Assembly (NCBI GenBank): GCA_035534895.1
Contig: DATLRC010000006.1
Coordinates: 11,983 to 75,982 of the forward strand
Source of the DNA: Candidatus Dormiibacterota bacterium
GTDB lineage: Bacteria; Patescibacteriota; Saccharimonadia; Saccharimonadales; UBA4665
Length of the DNA stretch: 64,000 nt
Direction: 5' to 3'
Part shown: positions 8,603 to 15,995 of the stretch, in pieces
How the letters are laid out: each line of letters starts with the position of its first letter
Numbering within the stretch: position 1 is the stretch's first letter
Translations under genes and position numbers: made by a program
Notes under the pieces: model-generated
Seen by the model: the letters and a program-made list of their open reading frames with translations, nothing else
The model's database searches: none
What the model was told of the DNA's origin: nothing

Positions 8603-8630
8603 AGTCTACTCCTTGATGCGTCATTGTCAA
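8603..8630 (-). promoter_or_regulatory. Candidate promoter of the small-ORF cassette
   Basis: Minus strand reads TTGACA (8625-8630), a 16-nt spacer, then TAGACT (8603-8608). This predicts a roughly 185-nt leader. Confidence 0.3.
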
Positions 8631-8649
8631 AAACTTTTACAATAAAATA

Positions 8650-8678
8650 TTGATTTGAGGTTAGCGATAGTGTAGTAT
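8650..8678 (+). promoter_or_regulatory. Candidate promoter of the divergent 146-aa ORF
   Basis: TTGATT (8650-8655), a 17-nt spacer, then TAGTAT (8673-8678), about 32 nt upstream of the ATG at 8711. Confidence 0.3.
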
Positions 8679-8710
8679 TTAATGCGGATTCAGAGACCAA
8701 GAATAAAGAA

Positions 8711-9151
8711 ATGAATATTTTAGAGGCTAATAGAGCTGATCTAGCTCATCAAAACGGATTGTCTGTTTTAGTGGACAAAGACGAAAGTGTTCGTCTAGGT
8801 TATTTAATGGCCGATGCGGTCTATGATAATTTGCATAGTTACCTGCTAGGAGAAAGATCAAACTTTCGAGCTACTTTTGACAGCGCCAATCCGGTACACA
8901 GTTTGGCACAAGAGCGTTTTGCTAAACTGATTGAAACCGACAAACATAGAGTAGATATTCCACTAGGAGACGTTCATGAAGCTTTGGACAGATGGGGTGA
9001 GACTGCTGACATTATCCGACACGAAGAAACACTCATCATGGCTCTGGGATCAGTTAGTCTGCGCGTCAAAAAAAGTAGCATGCCTGATAAACCTGGCAGT
9101 GACGAGCTAGTAACTTACTTCTGTCTTGTCTTGCCTGAGCAGCAGAGTTAG
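8711..9151 (+). CDS. Hypothetical protein (146 aa)
   Basis: Only sizeable ORF in this interval. It is divergent from the small-ORF cassette and has no recognisable motif. Confidence 0.6.
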   Translation: MNILEANRADLAHQNGLSVLVDKDESVRLGYLMADAVYDNLHSYLLGERSNFRATFDSANPVHSLAQERFAKLIETDKHRVDIPLGDVHEALDRWGETADIIRHEETLIMALGSVSLRVKKSSMPDKPGSDELVTYFCLVLPEQQS

Positions 9152-11503
9152 CTAATGCTTAAGCTGTGTTAGCTTGTACTGGGTGTAGCGTTCAGCTGCT
9201 AGACGATTAAGCTTCGGGTCGTCTGCCTTATTGACGAAGCTCATCGCATCAGCTGTTAGTGGGTGTACGGCAGCCACCTTTTCATGCATCTGTAGTACTA
9301 ATTTGCGGTAGCCGGGGTGCCCTTGGGGACTTGTTCGTATCTCGTGGAGGTGGAAAGCTTGGCGTGCGTTGTAGCTGACCTTCCAGCGCATTTTATGCCC
9401 TAAAAGGGTAGCGTATTGGGCTTCCAGGAGGTATCCGGCTGATTGAAGATGGCTATAAAGTTTAAGGCTTAGATCGAAACAGTGTTCAAATTGTTCGCTC
9501 AATCCGGCTTGGTCAATCAACTCTGGAACTTCAAAGCCAAAGCGCGGTGTCAACTCTTGCCACTCTAAATCCTCAACCATGCGGTGTCGCTGGAGGTCGC
9601 GGAATATGCCGTAATCACAAACAATGTCCCAGCTATAGTGAACTTTTTCGAGGGCTCGACCCGGCTTATGGCGTCTATTTAGACGTTCACCGATGTAGGT
9701 CTTAAAGACACCAACCTTTTTCTCGTAGCTCCAGGCATTAACTTGGTTTTGGATTTGTTTGAGAGACAGCGCGCTATGTTCATAGAGCATGTCTGGAATC
9801 AACTCGAGTTCATTTTTGGGCCAGAAATCAACTAGCTCAACCGGGTCGCTTGTGGGCTGGGCGTGGTTAATGGGCAGTTCCTTTGAAGCCAAATGCTTCA
9901 TGGCTTGTTTGGTGTTAGCGCTGTAGGCGATGGTTGCACCGCCTCGCTCAGGTTTGTCAGCTCTCTCGAGAAAGACAGGGATAATCTTGCGCCCTTCAGT
10001 TAATAATGCTTGTCCAGTCAGTCTGGCCTCTGGTAACTCGTCACTCAAGAGATGCATAATAAGACTTTCAAACGCTTGACCTGATGCAAAGATGCCGACA
10101 GTTGATTTGGTGGCAACTGGTAAGATCGGTCGGGCAGCATCACAAGCTTGGGCTCGGGTAGCTCCCAACCAAGCATTGTCTCGTTCTTTTTCAGGCGTCT
10201 GCGAAGCCAGACGAACATGCTCAGTCAGTCGGTGTACAATCTCAGAATATATCTGGAAGATCTGATCCATGATCTGTTCGTATTGCTGCTTAGTTTTTTC
10301 ATCCAGATACGTTGGCGTGAAGTACTTATATTTTCCATTAGCGTCTGTTTGATCAAAGTAAATATAGCGTGTCGACTGTTCGAGATAGGCTGCTAAGCGT
10401 CCCCATTCTAATTTTTTGGTCAGTAGATTAGAGGCGTTTTCAACCACTACATGTATCCCAGCCAGCTGTTGGACAGAGTCGTCGCCGTATGCCGTGATTA
10501 CCCTCTGCAATAAGTTCTCATCCTTGCCTTGGCTGGATGCGAATTCATCTAGCAGCGTAATTCGCATGTCGTCTCCGCGGCGACTGAGTCGTGCCATAGC
10601 CGCAGCGACGGTCAAGGGGTTTATTTTGTCTGTGAAAGCATAGACATTACCGCTGCTATTAGTGACCACTTGGTCAAGGTATTGCTGGCCGGCGGCGGTG
10701 ATTTGATAATGATTGTCTTTCTTTTCCAGCAAAGGCTGCTGGCTTGGTAACGGCACATCTACATCAGGAGTTGGCTTATTGTTAACTGTTGACACGGTAG
10801 TTGTAATGGACAGTTTTTTGTTTTCTATAATTGATTTTAGTGCTTCCGGCTGAGCAACGGCTGCTTTACTTGGATTTCGAACTGCCAGAGTTTGAGCAAT
10901 TAACTGCCAAATTTGGTCGCTGGCTTTTTCAAGGGACTCGGTTGCAAAGACTACAGGTAAGTTTCGTTGCTTAGCTTCCCAAAGGTAACCGGCTCTTACC
11001 CTCTCTAGAAACTGAACATCTAGATCGTCGAAGCGTTCACCTTGCCCTCGCCCCTGAAGTCGCTCTTTAAGTGTTGTTGCTGGAGCATCTAGGATAATAC
11101 ACAGATCGGGCTCGACACCGTTGACTGCAAAGTCGATAATTCGATTAATCATTTCGTAGTCGGGCACATCGCCGCGTCCATAATACTGTATGGCGAGAGT
11201 AGTCAGATAATTCCGATCCACTAGGCAAATTAAACCCTGTTCGACACTGGTTTTAATGACTTGTAATGATTGGGAGCGGGCAGCGTTATAGAGCAGGACC
11301 TCAGTATTGGTGTTCATTGGGAAATGGGGATCCTGAGTCAGTTGACGAATTGCTCTGGCTGTCAGGTCGCTTTGGCTGTCTGGCTCTCTGAATGAACGAA
11401 CCGGCAGTCCAGCCGCACGAAGGCGGCGGGTCATTTCAAGTAACTGGGTTGTTTTACCAACACCTTCAGGGCCTTCCAGGACAATATATTTGCCTCTACT
11501 CAT
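9152..11503 (-). CDS. tmk-thyX: Fusion protein: thymidylate kinase (N-terminal) plus tandem ThyX-type FAD-dependent thymidylate synthase (C-terminal)
   Basis: The N-terminus, KYIVLEGPEGVGKTTQ...DRNYLTTLAIQY, is typical of Tmk. A Pro-rich linker follows. The roughly 520-aa C-terminal part has two ThyX-like halves, with LEQSTRYIYF in the first and LQRHRM in the second. The ATG overlaps the dcd stop by 8 nt. Confidence 0.8.
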   Translation of the reverse strand: MSRGKYIVLEGPEGVGKTTQLLEMTRRLRAAGLPVRSFREPDSQSDLTARAIRQLTQDPHFPMNTNTEVLLYNAARSQSLQVIKTSVEQGLICLVDRNYLTTLAIQYYGRGDVPDYEMINRIIDFAVNGVEPDLCIILDAPATTLKERLQGRGQGERFDDLDVQFLERVRAGYLWEAKQRNLPVVFATESLEKASDQIWQLIAQTLAVRNPSKAAVAQPEALKSIIENKKLSITTTVSTVNNKPTPDVDVPLPSQQPLLEKKDNHYQITAAGQQYLDQVVTNSSGNVYAFTDKINPLTVAAAMARLSRRGDDMRITLLDEFASSQGKDENLLQRVITAYGDDSVQQLAGIHVVVENASNLLTKKLEWGRLAAYLEQSTRYIYFDQTDANGKYKYFTPTYLDEKTKQQYEQIMDQIFQIYSEIVHRLTEHVRLASQTPEKERDNAWLGATRAQACDAARPILPVATKSTVGIFASGQAFESLIMHLLSDELPEARLTGQALLTEGRKIIPVFLERADKPERGGATIAYSANTKQAMKHLASKELPINHAQPTSDPVELVDFWPKNELELIPDMLYEHSALSLKQIQNQVNAWSYEKKVGVFKTYIGERLNRRHKPGRALEKVHYSWDIVCDYGIFRDLQRHRMVEDLEWQELTPRFGFEVPELIDQAGLSEQFEHCFDLSLKLYSHLQSAGYLLEAQYATLLGHKMRWKVSYNARQAFHLHEIRTSPQGHPGYRKLVLQMHEKVAAVHPLTADAMSFVNKADDPKLNRLAAERYTQYKLTQLKH

Positions 11504-12209
11504 AGGCCATACCCTCTATTTTGGTGGGCATAAGGCGTCTGTCGTTGTAGGCCTTGGGAAGCATTTGATCGGGTGACCAGGTTTTGATGATCGTTTCAAT
11601 ATCGGTTCCCTGTTGGTATTTACCGCTGAATCCATCATCCCGTCCTTCTCCGTAATTCCCGTCTACCGGCCCTGTTTCGTGAAAAACTGCTTGGGCGATT
11701 CGTTCGCCTACCGGAAGCAGTATGGTTTCTCTTTCATTGAGATTATAGATTTCGAGGGTTAAACGATTAATATAACCGGGATCAACCCAACCAGCATCGA
11801 AGCAAACTGCTATACCATTGCGCCCCCAGCTGGAACGGGACTTTAACTCATAGGCCCCAGGGGGGTATATCCCAAAAAATTCGTGAGTATGGGCCAGTAT
11901 GCGTTCTTTTGGTTTCAAAGAGATTACGGGGTGATCTAGAGGAATGTTGCTAACCGGTTTAACGCCGTTTAGCTTGGCCCATTGACCATGTGGTAAAGCC
12001 TTATAAGGGCCCTCAAAGTAGCGCTCAACATCTTCTTTGTCGAATGGGTTATAAATAACTCGGTCATTCATTCGTTCAATGCGGTAGTAATAGTAACCCA
12101 GTGATACGTCAAGGCTGGCATGAGCCACATGATTCGGATTAAATGGAATACAGACAATCCGTCCTTCATTGAGGGCTGCATTAATTTGAGTGTTACTGTA
12201 AACCCCCAC
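11496..12209 (-). CDS. dcd: dCTP deaminase family protein (possibly bifunctional dCTP deaminase/dUTPase)
   Basis: dCTP-deaminase/dUTPase-fold pattern (INAALNEGRIV..., GWVDPGY, RIAQAVF). GTG start at 12209 is preceded by GGAGGA 5 nt upstream. Confidence 0.8.
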   Translation of the reverse strand: MGVYSNTQINAALNEGRIVCIPFNPNHVAHASLDVSLGYYYYRIERMNDRVIYNPFDKEDVERYFEGPYKALPHGQWAKLNGVKPVSNIPLDHPVISLKPKERILAHTHEFFGIYPPGAYELKSRSSWGRNGIAVCFDAGWVDPGYINRLTLEIYNLNERETILLPVGERIAQAVFHETGPVDGNYGEGRDDGFSGKYQQGTDIETIIKTWSPDQMLPKAYNDRRLMPTKIEGMAYE

Positions 12210-12305
12210 GTTTTCCTCCGATACGTTACTATCTTACATAATAAGCACGGGTTTATTCAAGTGTAAAAAGTACTACTTTAATTTATGTAGTAAAATGGTA
12301 GCAAA

Positions 12306-14000
12306 GTGCAAAGTTTAAAAATCTATCAACAATTTAGCATACACCGTCGATTCCTGGTCAGATTTGTTAGCTGGCTGGTAGCTATTCACGGTATATTCTT
12401 ATTGGCTATTGCTCTTCTAGATGCACTGGCAGCAGGTCGCACTTCACACCTAACGGGCCTAATTGTAGATGTCCATATTTGGATTGGCCTTAGTCTGGTC
12501 TATTTAAGTTCACTCTTAGTTCGCCAGAAACAAACAGCCTGGCTGGTGGCCGTTTTGGCTTACTTTTTTTTGTTGGGCCTAGACTCGGCTGTTATTCTCA
12601 ATCTTTCAGACCAACGCCATTTCCCAGTTATGCTGGCTGTTAAATCACTCCTTGTGCCGCTAATGGTTCTGATACTTTTACTTGGCCTACGCCGTGAATT
12701 CAAGGTTCGGAGTGATATTCAGGGTTTTCGGTCTGCTCTTAAGTTTGCGGTTATAGTACTTTCGGTGACAATAGTATATGGCGTTTCAGGTTTTATGTTG
12801 CTTGATAAGTCTGATTTTCACCAAGAATTTACTATCACTGAGGCTTTGCATAGAACTGTTGACCAGTTTGACTTAACTACCACTCACCCAATTAAGGCCT
12901 ATACTAAGCGGGCTCAACTGTTTGCTGACTCACTAAGCTTCATTAGCTTTGGCTCTATCGCCTATATTGGCCTTGCTCTTTTCCAGCCTCTTAAGGCGCG
13001 GCGAGCTGACCAAACCGTTAATCGTCAACAAATGAGTGAATTGTTAGCCAATTATAAGGCTCCGAGTGAGGACTTCTTTAAGATTTGGCCCCACGATAAG
13101 CAGTATTACTTTAACGTTACCAGGACCGCGGGATTAGCGTTCAGGCTCCATCATAGAGTAGCCTTATGCTTGGGAGATCCGATTGGTGATCCTCGGGATA
13201 TCAAGCGCTTACTTAGTGACTTTGCAACTTTTTGTCAAGGCAACGATTGGCTACCTGCTTTTATCCATACTGAAGCTAAGTATCAAGCAAAATATCAAGC
13301 TCTAGGTTACAGTCTTCAATTAATTGGCCGAGAGGCTATAGTTGATATCTCTCACTTTCAGAATGAAGTTGCCAATAACAAGTATTTTCGGCACATTCAG
13401 AATCGTTTTGATAAATTAGGTTTTAATAGCGAAGTACTGGCTCCGCCTCACCACTCGGCTGTTATAGAGCGCCTGAGACAAGTTTCTAATGAATGGCTAG
13501 ATCGCCCTGGACGATCTGAGCGAGGTTTTGTAATGGGCTATTTTAGTGAGCTCTATATGCAACAATGTAATGTAATGGTTGCCCGAGATGCTGCCGGCAC
13601 CATTCAGGCATTTGTCAATCTAGTTCCCGCCGAGTTTGACTCTGTGGAATTAACATTTGACTTGCTTCGTAGCACAACAGACAGCCCAACAAATCTAAAT
13701 GACTATCTACTACTTAATCTAATTGCTGAAGCTGCTGATCAAAACTACATCCGTCTTAATTTAGGATTGTCACCCCTTGTTGGATTAGACAATACACAAA
13801 GTGATGCAGGTCTAATTGATAACTTTTTGCGCTTTGCTTACGCTAACGGTGACCGCTTCTACTCATTTAGTGGTTTGCACCGTTTTAAAGCCAAGTATGA
13901 ACCGAATTGGAGTGATCGCTTCATTGTATATAAAGGCGGCGTCCGGGGCTTCTCACGAACTATGAATTCATTGATGAGGGCAATGCGGGTCAAACTTTAG
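12306..14000 (+). CDS. MprF-like aminoacyl-phosphatidylglycerol synthase (short form: about 6 TM helices plus the lysyltransferase C-terminal domain)
   Basis: Hydrophobic N-terminal third. The C-terminal domain resembles the phosphatidylglycerol lysyltransferase/DUF2156 family (KYFRHIQNRF..., GDRFYSFSGLHRFKAKYEPNW). GTG start without a clear Shine-Dalgarno. Confidence 0.7.
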   Translation: MQSLKIYQQFSIHRRFLVRFVSWLVAIHGIFLLAIALLDALAAGRTSHLTGLIVDVHIWIGLSLVYLSSLLVRQKQTAWLVAVLAYFFLLGLDSAVILNLSDQRHFPVMLAVKSLLVPLMVLILLLGLRREFKVRSDIQGFRSALKFAVIVLSVTIVYGVSGFMLLDKSDFHQEFTITEALHRTVDQFDLTTTHPIKAYTKRAQLFADSLSFISFGSIAYIGLALFQPLKARRADQTVNRQQMSELLANYKAPSEDFFKIWPHDKQYYFNVTRTAGLAFRLHHRVALCLGDPIGDPRDIKRLLSDFATFCQGNDWLPAFIHTEAKYQAKYQALGYSLQLIGREAIVDISHFQNEVANNKYFRHIQNRFDKLGFNSEVLAPPHHSAVIERLRQVSNEWLDRPGRSERGFVMGYFSELYMQQCNVMVARDAAGTIQAFVNLVPAEFDSVELTFDLLRSTTDSPTNLNDYLLLNLIAEAADQNYIRLNLGLSPLVGLDNTQSDAGLIDNFLRFAYANGDRFYSFSGLHRFKAKYEPNWSDRFIVYKGGVRGFSRTMNSLMRAMRVKL

Positions 14001-14745
14001 AAACATGGGAGTGATAACTCTTTTGGAGTCGACCTTGGATCGTATCAATATAAAGTTGTTTAGTGCAACTTCTAAGGTCTTGGAGTGTCCCATTGTTATA
14101 TACGACACAGTCTGGATGGATACTTGTCCGTTGTCGCTCGGTAATGTCTTGGCTATCGATAAACTCAATTTCTGATCTTACAATCTCAACGATGTAGCCA
14201 CTCTGTTTTCTAATGCGCTCAGCGTCAGCCGGGAAGCGGACGCCACCTATAATTGCTAGAGCTGGCTGTTTGGGCATGACAAGCAAGCGTCTGATTATTT
14301 CATCGAACCAGATGCCCGGATCGACCTTTTGGACTAAGTACCCCCCAAGCCATTGTAACAAGCCGCGGTAAAGACGTTTATTTTGGACATTGATCGGAAA
14401 ACTTTGGAGTTTCGAAGAGCCTAATTGATCTAGGAATTCAAATAACTTTTGATAATTTTCTGGGTCTTTGGCTAGTTGATCCTGGCTAAGCTTCAGTTGA
14501 TCAAAGCGTACACTGCGCATAACTGTCTCTTTCAAGATAGCTGGCAACGGTTGTAGCCAAATGTTAATTGCTTCTAGGTTGCTACTCGAAGGAGTTGTCT
14601 GGCTAGAACTGACTAAAGCATTGGCTACCTCGATGATTAAATGTGAACTCTCAGTTACTAGAGAATCATTTGTTTGGCCGGCGAGATAGCCGCCAAGGGT
14701 TGTTTTACCGTGACCAATTGCACCGCAGAGCCCAATGATTACCAT
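13990..14745 (-). CDS. P-loop nucleotide kinase-like protein (dNMP-kinase-like ends with a central insertion)
   Basis: Walker A GLCGAIGHGKTT. The C-terminal IIGGVRFPADAERIR...VVYNNGTLQDL resembles the dNMP kinase family. The exact function is uncertain. Confidence 0.55.
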   Translation of the reverse strand: MVIIGLCGAIGHGKTTLGGYLAGQTNDSLVTESSHLIIEVANALVSSSQTTPSSSNLEAINIWLQPLPAILKETVMRSVRFDQLKLSQDQLAKDPENYQKLFEFLDQLGSSKLQSFPINVQNKRLYRGLLQWLGGYLVQKVDPGIWFDEIIRRLLVMPKQPALAIIGGVRFPADAERIRKQSGYIVEIVRSEIEFIDSQDITERQRTSIHPDCVVYNNGTLQDLRSCTKQLYIDTIQGRLQKSYHSHVSKV

Positions 14746-14766
14746 ATGCCAATTGTAACGCAGTAG

Positions 14767-15705
14767 CTAAAGAATACTTGCTAAATCAATCTTTATCGAT
14801 GGGCCCATGGTTGTCGTTAAATAAAGGGCCTTGATGTAGGTTCCTTTAACGCTAGCCGGTTTATTTGATCTAATGCTGCTAAGTACTGCTTTAGCATTTT
14901 CAAGCAGTTGTGCGGGACTAAAACTAACTTTGCCAATGGCCAGATGAACAATACCAGTGCTATCAACACGATACTCAACTCGACCACTTTTGGCTTCTTT
15001 TACCGCTCTAGCGACATCTGTTGTAACCGTTCCGCTTTTGGGGTTAGGCATCAGACCTCGAGGTCCGAGTGTGCGTGCGTATTTGCCAAGTTTGGCCATC
15101 AATGCTGGTGTTGCAATTAAGATGTCGAATTCAAGATTGCCTTTCTCCAGTGCTTTCAACACTTCTTCGCTGTTGGAAATATCAGCCCCAGCTGTTTTGG
15201 CCGCTATCGCGTCTTCAGCTTCGGCCATGACAGCTACGCGAACTGTTTTACCGCTGCCTGAGGGTAAGACTAGATTGTCGCGAACGTTTTGGTCAGCCTG
15301 CTTAGGATCTACTGCCAGATTGATATGCATCTCAATCGAAGCATCAAACTTCAGAGTGCTAGTTTTGGGTATAAGTAAACTCGCTTCATCAAGGCTGTAT
15401 AGTTTGTTTGGCTCAATCAAAGACATCGCTTGGCGATAACTTTTACTGCGTCTCTCCAGCTTTGTGTGAGCAACCGTTTTGGCTTTTGGAGGCGTAGGGG
15501 TCACTACTTGTTGTTTGGCCTCAATTTTTTTGTCTTGCTTGGTTTGTTGAACTTCTGCCTCTTGTAGTGCCTTGGGACTTCGCTTGCCCGCCTTAGCAGT
15601 TACTTTTTTAGCTTTTGTCTTGACTTCTTCAGTCTCAGTTTTGACATTTGGCTTGATAACTTTTTTAGTTGTTGCTTTAGTGGTTGCCTTTTTAGCCTGG
15701 GCCAT
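14767..15705 (-). CDS. rplA: 50S ribosomal protein uL1 with an N-terminal Lys/Thr/Ala-rich extension of about 80 aa
   Basis: The core from about residue 85 (YRQAMSLIEPNKLYSLDEA...GPRGLMPNPKSGTVT) is canonical L1. GAAGGAG Shine-Dalgarno upstream. Confidence 0.93.
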   Translation of the reverse strand: MAQAKKATTKATTKKVIKPNVKTETEEVKTKAKKVTAKAGKRSPKALQEAEVQQTKQDKKIEAKQQVVTPTPPKAKTVAHTKLERRSKSYRQAMSLIEPNKLYSLDEASLLIPKTSTLKFDASIEMHINLAVDPKQADQNVRDNLVLPSGSGKTVRVAVMAEAEDAIAAKTAGADISNSEEVLKALEKGNLEFDILIATPALMAKLGKYARTLGPRGLMPNPKSGTVTTDVARAVKEAKSGRVEYRVDSTGIVHLAIGKVSFSPAQLLENAKAVLSSIRSNKPASVKGTYIKALYLTTTMGPSIKIDLASIL

Positions 15706-15761
15706 ATATAACTCCTTCGTGGTTCAAGCGAGTTCCTAAAAAACTCTCCCACAATTATGAT

Positions 15762-15992
15762 TTAGCTTAATTGTCCGTAATCTTCGGCTGCTTGGGCTGA
15801 ATGTAAAACTTCTGTAAGATCGGGGTTCTGGTTGGTAAGTCCCGTCAGTTCTTGCTCTATATTATCGGCCAGGGGTTGGTTACCGCTGCTCATAGCTTCG
15901 GCATAAAGTTCGACAAGGCCTTTATATCGTTCGTTAAATTCTTGTTGACCGAGCTGACCTTGTTCTGTTGTTGGCAATTCAGGGTTTGTCAT
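15762..15992 (-). CDS. Hypothetical small acidic protein (76 aa) inserted between rplK and rplA
   Basis: The ATG lies 3 nt after the rplK stop and the ORF fills the gap. No recognisable motif. Confidence 0.55.
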   Translation of the reverse strand: MTNPELPTTEQGQLGQQEFNERYKGLVELYAEAMSSGNQPLADNIEQELTGLTNQNPDLTEVLHSAQAAEDYGQLS

Positions 15993-15995
15993 TAT

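Noticed and set aside
14957-15439. Long antisense ORFs opposite conserved genes. Examples: 160 aa opposite rplA, 154 aa at 32766-33230 opposite rpoA, 176 aa at 51110-51640 opposite rpsG, 131 aa at 38137-38532, 122 aa at 3904-4272 and 78 aa at 405-641.
   Set aside because: They lie entirely inside well-supported genes on the other strand, have low-complexity Ser/Leu/Ala-rich products and lack start-site signals. They are typical shadow ORFs.
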